Translations under genes and position numbers: made by a program
Part shown: in pieces, positions 24,172-36,302 of the stretch
Position numbering within the stretch: position 1 is the stretch's first letter
Layout: every line of letters begins with the position of its first letter
Notes under the pieces: model-generated
Seen by the model: only the letters and a program-made list of their open reading frames with translations
Told to the model about the DNA's origin: nothing
Database searches by the model: none
Assembly (NCBI GenBank): GCA_951406725.2
Contig: OX597815.1
Coordinates: 71,114,001 to 71,178,000 of the forward strand
Length of the DNA stretch: 64,000 nt
Origin: Octopus vulgaris
Taxonomy: Eukaryota
Reading direction: 5' to 3'

Positions 24172-24178
<7 letters not shown>
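23925..24178. repeat. Near-perfect ~250-bp AT-rich palindrome (foldback)
   Basis: Arms of ~120 bp with few mismatches and a ~11-nt centre near 24050. Confidence 0.92.
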
Positions 24179-24246
<68 letters not shown>

Positions 24247-24279
24247 CATACATACATAAACATGAAGGCATCATATGAG

Positions 24280-24700
24280 CATCTACATCACTAAAAATAG
24301 AAGTCAAAAATACTTCTATACCACAGAATAGTCATAAATCTACTACAGGCATGGTAGGAAAAAATTCTAGTGAACATTAAAAACGTCTTACCTCTGCTAA
24401 GTCAGCACAATCATTCGTCTGTTTAAATAGTGTTTGGTCACTTCAAAGGAACTTTTGCGGGCATGGTGGGGGAAAATTTTTAATAATAGTAAACTGGCAG
24501 ACTTTGGTTGAAGAAAAACAGGCACCTAATGGGCGCTAACTTTGAAACCGGTTCCAAATTGACCAGTATTGCTTGTGCTGACCCAGCAGAGGTAAGACAT
24601 TTTTAATGTTCACTGGAATTTTTTCCTACCATGCCTGTAGTAGATTTGTGACTATTCTGTCGTAGAAGTATTTTGACTTCTATTTTTAGTGATGTAGGTG
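24280..24700. mobile_element. MITE-like element with ~130-bp terminal inverted repeats
   Basis: 24280-24410 is the reverse complement of 24573-24700; ~160-bp interior. Confidence 0.85.
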
Positions 24701-24803
24701 ATATATATATACATATCTTATAGTGTATGTGTATATTTTATTCATTTGCTGTTCGGCTGATAATTCGCTTGCCACACGTGATGTATTTTAATAATACCAT
24801 CCC

Positions 24804-24882
<79 letters not shown>

Positions 24883-25026
24883 CAAATAAGTAACAAGGAT
24901 GTCCAGGTATTATTGCATTATGGCCTTTTTAGGCGGTTCCATTTAATCGGACAATGCAAGTATTATACCAATTTGAAATACACCGCCTTCCTCTCTCACC
25001 TAGGTCGTCCCATAGGACGCCCAAAG

Positions 25027-25067
<41 letters not shown>

Positions 25068-25116
25068 ATATATATATATATGTATATATGTGTGTGTGTG
25101 TGTATGTATATATATG

Positions 25117-25169
<53 letters not shown>

Positions 25170-25281
25170 ATGATGAGGATCAATAGAAATTATTTACCCG
25201 CCAAAATATTGGAGTCGATATAATTGTTTAGCCGCCAACTCACTCAAATTTTATGGCCTTTCGCTTGTGTTAAAAACAATT

Positions 25282-25506
25282 AATATTGCTAACAAACGTA
25301 GCAACGGTATATGTCCCTAGAAGCAGTGAATATTACTAACAAACGTAGCAACGGTATATATCCTTAGAAGCTGTGAATATTGCTAACAAACGTAACAACG
25401 GTAAATGTTCTTAAAAGCAGTCTATATAACTAACAAACGTAACAATGTTATATGTCCGTTAAAAATAGTCAATATTTGCTAACAAGCGCAGCAACGGTAT
25501 ATGTCA
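25282..25506. repeat. 47-bp minisatellite, about 5 copies
   Basis: AATATTGCTAACAAACGTAGCAACGGTATATGTCCCTAGAAGCAGTG at 25282, 25329, 25376, ~25423, ~25471. Confidence 0.92.
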
Positions 25507-26084
25507 TACATACGGAAACTCAACTGAAATGACTTGACTTGTCAAATGTTGCGAAACTGATAGAAAATAAGCTAGATTAACTCCTGCTTTATTTTTTTCT
25601 TCTAAATTTATCGCATTTAATTTTTTAGTACATGACAGATATTGAGCAATCTTCTCAAACTATTTCATTTATTATTTCATATAAATAAACACATCAAGAA
25701 TTTTCTCAATATGTCAAAGAAAGAAAATGGTATGTTATTTTTTTCTGTTTGATATAGTAATTTTTATTTTACTTTGTTTTTAAAAATCGGAATGACAGAA
25801 ATCTCTCAATGTTAAAATATGAATTTCGTCATCTTAAATAAATAAACAAGATTTTTCTTTTCTTTTTTTTTTTTGCTTTGCTGTTGCAAGTGAAGTAAGA
25901 AGTGCGAAAATAGTCTGGATGCTAAGTTTTTCTACGATCTGTGAGAATGTAGGTGGCCAAATCAATATCCAACAGGTTGGCACTTACCGTACTCTTTCAT
26001 CGAATCTGGATTGCGTCTGTTACCAAGACGCTCAGCTCTCAAAAAAGCATACTTGAACTTACTGAAACTAAGTTCTTTTTGGAT

Positions 26085-26560
26085 GAAGGCTTTAATCGAT
26101 ACCATCGATCGCAGTACTTGACTAGCAATATATTTATTGGCTCTGAAAAGATGAATGACAAAGTTCACCTAAATGGGATTTGAATACAGAATGTAAAGAT
26201 TTGGAACAGTTACTGCAAAGCATTTTTCCGACGATTTAATCACTCTGCCAGCTTGCAATCTTCAAATAATAGTTCAAAATTTTGGTACAAAGTCAGAAAT
26301 TTCAAGAGAGAGGAAAAGCCGGTTACATGAAACCTATGGTTTGATTGGTACTTATTTTATCGTCCTACTAAAAGCTGTAAGGCAAAGTCGACATCGGCAG
26401 AATTTGAAAATTTGAACTCGGAATGTAGAGTCGGAAGAAATGCTGTTAAGCATTTTGTAGGATGCGCGAATGATTCTGTCAGCTTTCTGTCATTAAATGA
26501 TGGTTTTTAATTTAGGCACAGCTTTGAGAGACGGATGTTAGTTAACTACTACATCGACCT
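26085..26560 (-). mobile_element. Cluster of old SINE B copies
   Basis: Repeated AAAGTCGAC..CGGC.GAATTTGAA and GCATTTT motifs. Confidence 0.7.
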
Positions 26561-26890
26561 CTGGCGATAAGTTTCAACAAAACCAACAACCAGGTGTCTG
26601 TGCCTCGAGGCAACCCACACTATACTTTATGGACCTCGGTTAGCAGGCAACAGGGACAGCTCCACTTACAGTCTCTTTCCTAAATGCAAGTGGTTGGGCT
26701 TCAGCCTAGCATCTTTCCCACCCCCGACAAACTTCGGGCTATAAAAACAGTTCAAAGTGCAAAAGCATCGCATTGGTCGGGGTAGTGGCGCACTGAGAGT
26801 GGCTGCTGACTGACCTAGCTTGTATAGTTCGACAACCTCGTGCGTTACCCGATGCAGTAGCACTTAAGTCGGTCGAAGTTGATTCTTGAC
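26561..26890 (-). mobile_element. GC-richer insert in a SINE B; possible 5'UTR fragment of an RTE-type LINE
   Basis: SINE B is interrupted after CATCGACC and resumes near 26905; RTE assignment is from recalled similarity only. Confidence 0.35.
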
Positions 26891-27483
26891 TTAATTTTAT
26901 TACATTATTTTATCGACCGTGGAGGAATGAAAGACAAAAGTTGGGCTCGTAAAACTTGATCTCAGTACGCAAAGAGCCATTGCTTTATAATATTGAGAAT
27001 AATGTTCACTGAAGAAGAAAGACATTAGAGTAGTGCAAAATATAGTACTGTACTGTACTAAATGCTGATCAATGTTTAGTTCCGAGTCACTGTGTCCTTA
27101 GTTCAATTTCCGCCGGTGTCGACTTTGCCTTTCATCCCTCTCGGGTAGATGAAATAAGTTACATCCACGCACTGGAGTTGATTCAAACGATTATATCCGG
27201 CGTTTCTACAAATGTGTAGCCTTTTGCCAATGTAAGGAATCAATATAGCAGATTAAAGAAGTCAGATTCTACAGAAGATTTAAAGATTTACCTCGCATAT
27301 GAAAGAATCTCATGGAAGAATATAGTGAAACTATATCCCTAAACTATATATATATATATATATATATAATTATGTATGTATATATATAATGTATTATAAT
27401 ATATATATATATGTATATTATGTTATATATATATATATGTATACATACATACAGACATATACATACATACATACATACATACA

Positions 27484-27519
<36 letters not shown>

Positions 27520-27679
27520 CGTTTCTAATTTCAATAGAACATTATAGATGCAGATCAATAGAAGCGTCCATGTTATTCATCATAGCAAAATTTCCCTTTT
27601 AGTCTGCCCATGTTTCATTCGGTGTATATTGAGGTGGGGGTCTCTTCGTTTCCTGAAAGGGTAAAATTATCCGAAATGT

Positions 27680-27714
<35 letters not shown>

Positions 27715-28131
27715 GGTGGTTTTGGTGGTGGTGGTGGTGGTGGTGGTTTTGGTGGTGGTGGTGGTGGTGGTAGTAATAGTAGTGGCGGTGGTGGTGTGAA
27801 CGTAACCGTTAAATACATGCTGTTTGTACAAAGAGAAAAGGAGAGGCAGAGAGATATGAAATTGCATTGAAATTTTGGAGAGATAACAGGAATATTCGAC
27901 TTAAGGAATGAGTGAAAAGGTGACAAACAAGCGAAAGTTGGAATGTATAAATAAAGATATGATGAAAGAAAGAGAGCAAGTGAGAAATAGATGGAAAATC
28001 AGTGGCGAAATAGTGAAAGATGTAGTGGTGGTGGCGTTTGTGGTGGTGATGGGGCGATCCTTTAAGGAGTTAGAATCAAAAAGGCAGAAACAGTTGGTGT
28101 ACTTAATCGACTGAATATTGTATTTGTATCG

Positions 28132-28185
<54 letters not shown>

Positions 28186-28265
28186 CAAAGATTGGGGTTG
28201 AAAGAGGGGGGGAGAGACAGAGAGAGTGCATGTGTGTGCGTGCGTGTGAGTGCATGCGTACGTGC

Positions 28266-28302
<37 letters not shown>

Positions 28303-28327
28303 CGCGTGTGTGTGTGCTTGCGTGTTC

Positions 28328-28510
28328 AAGTCAGCCCCGATGAAACATGGTCGATAATCAAAGAGCTATGACCATTCCAACTCTTATTCAGGAAATGTAT
28401 CGAAGACTTTATGCACTTCCTTTTCTAAGAGAGTAGGGTGTAGCTTGAGGGCGGTATGATTACTATTTCTAGCATTCTGTGTGACCACATAGAGGCTTTC
28501 TTGTTGGTTC
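28328..28510. mobile_element. Old interspersed repeat, family D
   Basis: AGGGTGTAGCTTGAGGG...CTATTTCTAGCA...GACCACATAGAGG; related copies at ~28980-29170 and, inverted, ~44390-44580. Confidence 0.6.
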
Positions 28511-29351
28511 GCGTCTAATGTGGTACAGTATAGCCAACCGTCTCCCGCGGGCAAGTACTGTGACGTCATGTCTTTATCAGTGTCATCAGCGTTGTTATTT
28601 CGTCGTTACTTTGTTACGTTACTATCACCTAAGTAATCCTGTGATCTCCGCATGTCGCCAAGAAACACCAAGTATAGTCGCATTCTTGTGGACTCAAAAG
28701 ACCAAATAATGTAATATAAGAAAATAAAAGCTGTTTTATTTCATTCTCAAAACGAACTTTATCGTATCTTAACTCCTCTCCGTTTTCTTTCCCAAGTATT
28801 TCGGTAAAGTTTGAAGCTAACCGGCAATATATTCTTTTTATATTCAACACAAGTTAGAATCGTTAGCGCTTCGGACAAAATGCTTAGTGGTATTTCCTCC
28901 GGTCCTTTACGTTCTGAGTTCATTTTATTTCTGATTACTGACCTGTTTCTGATACGTTGTTGTTGTAGTGGTGGTGGTTTAGTTGTTGGTCAGCTCCGAG
29001 TAAAAGCACTCTTATTTTCAACGCGTGTTTTTTTTCTTTTTTTTCTGGACAATGTATATCTAGGACAACATTATCCAGTGTGCTCTTCCATCAAGGGGTG
29101 GACTGAAATTTCAGGAAGATCTGGTTGCTTTTTCTCTCAAGACGCGAGGCCACATAGAGGGTTCACTCATTATCCCGTGTTAAATATACATCAAAGGATC
29201 TCCGTCAGTTTGATGAGGATGATTCGATTGATCGCTTCATTGAATTACCTGCTCCGAAATTAACGTGAAAGGGGGCATGCTACAGGCGTATATGACAACC
29301 TAACTTTCAGGCAGAATCAGCGTGACACGGTGTTTGACAAAATATACTATA

Positions 29352-29516
29352 GGCGCAGGAGTGGCTGTGTGGTAAGTAGCTTGCTTACGAACCACATGGT
29401 TCTGGGTTCAGTCCCACTTCGTAGCACCTTGGGCTTCTACTATAGCCTCGGGCCGACCAAAGCCTTGTGAGTGGATTTGGTAGACGGAAACCGAAAAGAA
29501 GCCTGTCGTATATATG

Positions 29517-29560
<44 letters not shown>

Positions 29561-29782
29561 TGAGTGTGTGTGCGTGTGTTTGTGTGTCTGTGTATGTTCC
29601 CCCAACATCGCTTGACAACCTATGCTGGTGTGTTTACGTCCCCGTAACTTAGCGATTCGGCAAAAGAGATCGATAGTATAAGTACTAGGCTTACAAAGAA
29701 TAAGTCATCGGGTCGATTTGCTCGACTAAAGGCGGTGCTCCAGCATGGCCACAGTCACATGACTGAAACAAGTAAAAGAGTA
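29352..29782 (+). mobile_element. SINE family A, full length
   Basis: Complete tRNA-like head, internal (TA)(TG) repeat, tail. Confidence 0.93.
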
Positions 29783-30004
29783 TTACACGCACTATTCATC
29801 CGAAAGGCTTCTATACACTTTCCGTTTACCTAGTTTTATCCACAAGATATGGGCTGTCTGGAGAGTATAGAAATGGCATCTACCCAAGATATATGTGTGC
29901 AGGAGCGCGGGTGTATGTGTGTGTGTGTATGTGCATGGGCACACGTGCTGTGCGTGTCTTGGGTAAGTATGTATGTACAGATGTATGTATGTATATTCTT
30001 TTAT

Positions 30005-30400
30005 TATTTTACTTGTTTCAGTCATTTGACTATGCCCATGCTAGAGCACCGCCTTAAAGGGTTTATAGTCGAAGAAATCGGCCCCAGGTCTTATGGCTTG
30101 TAAGCCTAGTGCTTTTCTACCGGGGTCTTTTGCCGAACCGCTAAGTTACGACGATGTAAAAACATATCAGCATCGGTTGTCAAGTGATGGTGGGGTAGGT
30201 GGGGGACAATCATAGACACAAAGATATAAACATATATATATATACGACGGGTTTCTTTCTGTTTCCGTCTACCAAATTCACTGACAAGGCTTTGACTGGC
30301 CCGTGACTATGGTAGAGACCACTTGCCCAAGGCGCCACGCAGTGGGATTGAACCCGGAGCTATGTTGTTGAGAAGTAAGCTTTTACCACACAGCTACGCC
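30005..30400 (-). mobile_element. SINE family A, full length, inverted relative to the 29352 copy
   Basis: Reverse complement homology to 29352-29782. Confidence 0.93.
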
Positions 30401-30443
30401 TGTATATATATGTGTGTATGTGTGTGTGTGTGTGTATGTATAC

Positions 30444-30476
<33 letters not shown>

Positions 30477-30507
30477 AAATTAGAAAAAAACACCTTTTAT
30501 CAATTCA

Positions 30508-30554
<47 letters not shown>

Positions 30555-30596
30555 CATATACACACACACACACAATATTCATATATAAGTATGTGA

Positions 30597-30648
<52 letters not shown>

Positions 30649-30688
30649 GCACATACACACATATATATATATATATATGCATGTATAG

Positions 30689-30727
<39 letters not shown>

Positions 30728-33671
30728 TTGTTTACTAGTTTCATATATTGAAATCAGACCTTTAATTACTCTGTCTGTTCAGATAGAGACACAATAAATA
30801 CAAACATTCAATTAGTGTGAAGAAATATTGATCATAATAAAAATAGCTTCGTTACATATTGATTTTCGTTACCCCTTTTACTTAGTGGGTCGAGATATAT
30901 TTTAAAGTGAACTCTCAAAATATACTTTGATTTTAATGTGTGCATTCCCATCTTGTTAATGATTTAACTAAAAGGAATTAAATACTCTTTGTAAAGAAAC
31001 AACAGACATCTTGGTTCTTTGAAAGAAAAAAAGAAACAGATTTTTTTCGTTTCGACATGGCACAATGTCACATGTTTTAATGTATGTATTCTCATCTTGC
31101 CAATAAATTAACTGATTCAGTGGGATTAAATATTATTCGTTCTCTCTACGACTTGACAGGTTCGAAAATGATTGTTGCTTTTCCATCATCGGAGGATATC
31201 TAATCCTCTGAAATGATTTGGGTTCAAAACAGACGTAATTTATCGGTTCACAGGTGTAAGGTGACTTTGACACACTGCATTGCTTCGACCTTATTGTGTC
31301 TCTTCAGGAAAAGCTAACTCCCGAACCAATTAATCTAACAAGAGCATGATTTCTTGTTTATAGGAATCAACAAACAAATTATTTACTGACGCATGCCTGA
31401 TGTCTGCCAAACAAATAGTAATTTGTGGAGTGCATGCAGAACAGTAGCAATTCAAAGAATAACGTATCCATTCTAAATATGAGCAGGATTATCTGATCGC
31501 TGTGGTTTTACGTCATCGGATCTGCCAGAAGGTATTAAGACTAAATAGATACAATATTGTTTGAATTCTCGCAGCTCTGCGTATACCCTATGGATTATTA
31601 TCTGATTGGAAGGCATCGGCACACATCAGTTAAAAACGTTTTGCTGTTTTCTGTAAACAAGAACTCGTGCTCTTGCTAAATTCCAGTGAAGTAGCTTTGA
31701 CAGAGGAGATAAGGTCGAAATATTACGGTGTCCCGATGTCACCGTACACCGGTGAATCGCATGTGTTATGAGGATACAACGTCTTAAGAGGAGGATGAGA
31801 TATCCGATCACGAAAAACAACAGCGATCAGGTATTCATGTTCAAATCTACCAGAACATGTTAAGAATAATTAGATAAATTATTGTGTGGATTCCCGCTGC
31901 TTTATATGTACCTTAGGAAGAATTAAAAACTCTTCGTAAAGAAATATCAAGAAAACTCTTGAGTTTTTGCAAAGAAAAACAAAACACTATAAAAATAGAT
32001 TTTTTAATTTCGTTTCGGCAAGGCACAATGTTTCGTGTTTTTAAAAGAAGAGAAATGATGCGTTTTGAAAGTCATATTCTTTACCAGGATACCTAATATA
32101 CGTAAGTGAACTGAGCGAGCTACAAGTAAAAATCTGGAACCAGATTTTCTAAATATTCGTTTCCCTTTTCACAAAAGAGGAAGTGAACTCAGGTATTTTA
32201 GTTTTCCTTGCTTTTCTCAAGGGCAATAGCAGTATGTTAATGGTTATGAAAAGAAACTCGTGTTTCGGTAGGTGACTGCACAATACTTAACTAAGTCCTT
32301 TTACGTTTTGTTTTCAACTTTTATAAAGGGCGATTTTGCTTTCTTCCCTCAAGGTCTTAGAAAATTAATACCATTCAATTACTGAAGGTCAAGTTAATCA
32401 ACTACAACTTTGTTTTCAAGATAGAAATCAATACGCAGAAATGCAAGTTTTTCAACAATGCGAAAGATGATTTGTTTTATTTTTCCCGATCAGTATGGCA
32501 AAACTTCCCCAAATATCCTTTAAAAATAAATATTTATTTTCAAGAATGTAACCATATGTTTCCATAAATCCAATACAGTCTGGCGTAGCCATTAATCAAA
32601 ATCTAAATTGGATTTCTAACAAAAATGTGGCACAAAGAAGTATACGGAAAAAATTTTAAATCAAAACACGCAGATAGACGCGGGCATGTTAAATCCGTCA
32701 TCAGTTGTCGATCAAATATCATCACAATTTCGGCACTTTCCAATAATATTCTTCAATTTGGTTGTGTCAGCTGGGGTATAAATGAGCGAACACCGACGTA
32801 AAAATAAGATAAGTATAATCGCAAGAAAAGATCTCTAGACCAAGCAGTAAAAAGAGTACGGGGAGAAATATTTATACCGAAAGAAACGAATTAGATCAGT
32901 AGACAATGGAACAATTTGAGGCATCCCAGTAACAGGAGAGATTTCGAAATATAACGGAAGAATTAATAATAATAATAAAAAAGAATGGATTCGGTAAATA
33001 TTCCAAATGTGATATTTAAAAACTAGAAACTGCAGTATACGTGACTCTTGAATGCGGTGCCCCAGCATGACTGCAATCCAATGACTGAAACAAGTAAAAG
33101 ATATAAAAAATACAAGATAAAATCTCTCAACTGGTTATTTATAATTTGTTTTATATTTATGCATATGTAACTCAAGAGTCGACGATTCATTCTTTTCACA
33201 TGCAAATCTCGTCAGGTGTGGTTTGCTGTAAGAAATTTTGATGTGATTTTTGTTTGTCGTTTAAAAAAGCTTGTCTAATATTTAAAACATAAACAAAGCA
33301 AAAATTTATTTCAGTAATACTACTGAAGAGAAATTGTTTTCATTTTCTTGCGGTTACTTTCAGGTTACATAATGAATCGATTCAGCTCTTTTTTCAATTG
33401 TATTTTCGTTTTATTGTATTTCTTGTCGTTATAAAGAGCATTAGAGAAACACTCCTTAGTAAATTCACAGTACAGTATTGTTGCTAAAAATATTGTTTGA
33501 CTCTGGGCGGACTAGTACTATTATTATTTTTTTTTGTTCTGTGGTATAGAAAGAGTTCAAAATTTTGAAGAAATACTTCTCTATATATGGCTTAACTATT
33601 TTGGCTGCGGGATATGCAATTTAAAATATATGCGTGATGCGCGGCATATGATCGGGTTAAGTGCCTCATAT

Positions 33672-33898
33672 TGGTTTCAAATGTTGACACAAAGATAGCA
33701 AATTTGGGTTGGAGTTAGCCGATTATATCGACCCCAATGCTCAAGTGGTGTTGAGTGCTTATTTTATCTTATTTTATCGACCCGAAAAGGATGAAAAGTA
33801 AAGTCGAACTCGGCGGAATTTGAACTCGCAACGTCAAGTCGGACAAAATACTGCTAAGCATTTTGCCTGCGCGCTAACGATTCTGCCAGCTCGCCGCT
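33672..33898 (-). mobile_element. SINE family B
   Basis: ...CTCGGCGGAATTTGAACTC...CTAACGATTCTGCCAGCTCGCCGC. Confidence 0.88.
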
Positions 33899-34313
33899 TT
33901 TCAGGCGTCTGATATTAACTTGAATATGAAGCTATATTGTACTTGCGCAAGAAGCATATATGTGTGTGGGTGTCTATGTATAATTTTATTTAGGTATTTG
34001 CCTAGAAGTGAACCCCCCATTAAGCTCATCAACGGGTTTTGGCTATCAGACAAGACAGTAATCTGGAGATTACTTTTTTTACTAAACACGTGAATGAAAA
34101 TCTACAAATATCGGTAGAAATTTTACAATTAGAAACAAGAAAAATGGAATGAGCACGTCCTTTTAATACATAAATTTACAATTGTTCCATTTGATTTCGA
34201 TCTTATTAATGTTGTTTTATGCAATAATATATGCAACTGTTGAGATAACATGTGCCAAGTCAGAATTACGCATAATAAACGGTTGCCTACATTATTGTGT
34301 AATATAGTAAGAT

Positions 34314-34395
<82 letters not shown>

Positions 34396-34397
34396 AA

Positions 34398-35505
34398 TGA
34401 GGTTTGATCGATAAGTATCCGGACTAGTGCTATAAAAACACTAGTACCAATTTGGCATTTAATCTCCTTCAAAGTAGTTCCCTTCAAAAGCCACACACTA
34501 AATCCAGCGGTGTTTTAATTGATGGAAGCATTCCTGGAACTCATTTTCTGGGATTATCAGCAGCAGCCTCATCGCATTCACTTTGATTTCCTCGACGTCC
34601 TGAAAGTGCGATTTGAATTTTGGGAAGAGGAAAACATCGTAAGAGGTGAGATCTGGGGAATACGGTGGCTGTAGGACCTAGGGAATGCCAAAACTGTTGC
34701 ACAAGCTGCGCTGAATGGGCAGGTGCTTTGTCATTGTATAACTGCCACTCACCCGATGCATGCAATTCCGACGAATTGCCTTCCGCAAACGCCGCAAAAT
34801 GGCACTGTAATACTCTTTGTTTCTTGTCTGACCAGGTGGAGCATACTAGTCGAAGAAAACAGTCAACAGTGTCTTCACATTGATTCGACTCACTCGTGCT
34901 TTCTTCGGTTTCGGAGAGGTTGGGGTCTTTCGCTGCTAAGACTGAACCTTTGTTTTGGGGTCATATCCACAGATCCACGATTCATCACCCGTTATAACCG
35001 TTTTCAAAAAGACTTCACCGTTCTCGACACAATCAAGGATATCTTGTGCATCTAAAACCCGAGTGCCTTTTTGGTCAGCTGAAAGCAGTTTTGACACAAT
35101 CTTGGTAGACACGCGTCCCATACCCAAATGTTTAGTGATAATGGACTGGACTGAACTGTAACTAATCTGCAGATCCTCTGATAACTCACAGATGGTGATT
35201 CGACGATTTCCCCTCACAGCTGCACGCACATCTGCGATGTGGTTCTCAGTTCTGCTGGTTGCGGGTCTCCCAGAACGTTCGTTACTATAGACATTTTCGG
35301 CCATCTTGGAAACGTCTGAACCTCTCGTACACTCGTGTGCAGCTCCTACACTCCTCTTCATGTTCTTTCTGCAACTTTGCCTCGGCCTCTAAGTACGTAT
35401 CGCCAAGCTTCTGGCAAAATTTGATGCAAATTCTCTGCTCAACTTTCATTGTCATGATCAATGCGACGATCACACGCTACACACGTTCCTTCCAACATTG
35501 CCTAC
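34398..35505 (-). mobile_element. Mariner transposon (second family), 5' end lost, transposase pseudogene
   Basis: EQRICIKFC, RSGRPATS, NRRITI.EL, ITGDESWICGYDP, NDKAPAH; TIR GAGGTTTGATC.ATAAGTATCCGGACT at the left. Confidence 0.92.
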
Positions 35506-35509
35506 ACCC

Positions 35510-35835
35510 CCACACGGAGAAACATCGGATGCTCCGGCAACACTTTCAAGGAATGCCTATCCAACCACAAATCCTCTTTCAGACACCAGAAAGGAGATAT
35601 ACTACATAATTAGCCAGTTATGTATGGCAGCTGAATGACAAAGGAATTCCATACGTTATATCATGGAGAATCTTAGAAATTCCGTTTGCCTACATAAATG
35701 GGACCAAGCGTTCTAAACTGTGCATAGTCGAACGGGCGAAGGTATTAAAAGACTCCCTCAACCCAGGGAGCATCCTTAACTCCAGAATGGAAATCTTCGG
35801 ACCCTGTTTGCACTTTAGGAAATTCCTCCGGCGTC
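35510..35835 (+). mobile_element. Penelope-like GIY-YIG endonuclease C-terminal remnant
   Basis: IGCSGNTFKECLSNHKSSFRH, LASYVWQLNDKG..ISWRIL, YINGTKRSKLCIVE...LNSRMEIFGPCLHFRKFL. Confidence 0.8.
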
Positions 35836-36302
35836 CTTGGACCCACACGATAACAGAGTCGATTACGAGTAAAAGCCAAAGGGAGACAATCCCCTGTTGT
35901 TGACATAGAGAAACGAAGTCTTTCCTTCCTCCATTTTGGTGAAATGCTGTAAAGCTAAGTGCTTTATGAACGTAAAAGCCAGAGTATTCCCACAGACGAG
36001 CCTTATCTATCTTTGTATATTTATATATACTGAATATATTACTGGTAATACAAAAAACAAAACAAAAACCACGATGAAAATACGTTAATACACGCAGGTG
36101 CATTGAAGCACAGTTTCCTTCGGATAACCTTTTACCTATTTTACAAGGTCTCAGCATAATATACAACAATAGATAACTTTGCCTTCATACAACACAAGTT
36201 TTGGTTGATATCAGGTCAAATATTTTTTCCTATGATCTAACAGAATGGGAGTGGTTGCCATCGAACAATGTCATACTTGTTTGCAGTTATACATACATAT
36301 AT

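Noticed and set aside
25282-25506. CRISPR-like periodicity
   Set aside because: Intervening segments are homologous rather than unique spacers; eukaryotic context, no cas genes
27610-27926. Gly-rich and Pro-rich ORFs
   Set aside because: (TAG)n/(TGG)n microsatellite
31270-31315. Minus-strand CTGAAGA-GAC..GTC-GAAG motif
   Set aside because: GAAA mutated, no NUH and no stem I; too decayed to call
32670-32715. Minus-strand CTGATGA-CGG..CCG motif
   Set aside because: No GAAA after the putative stem II
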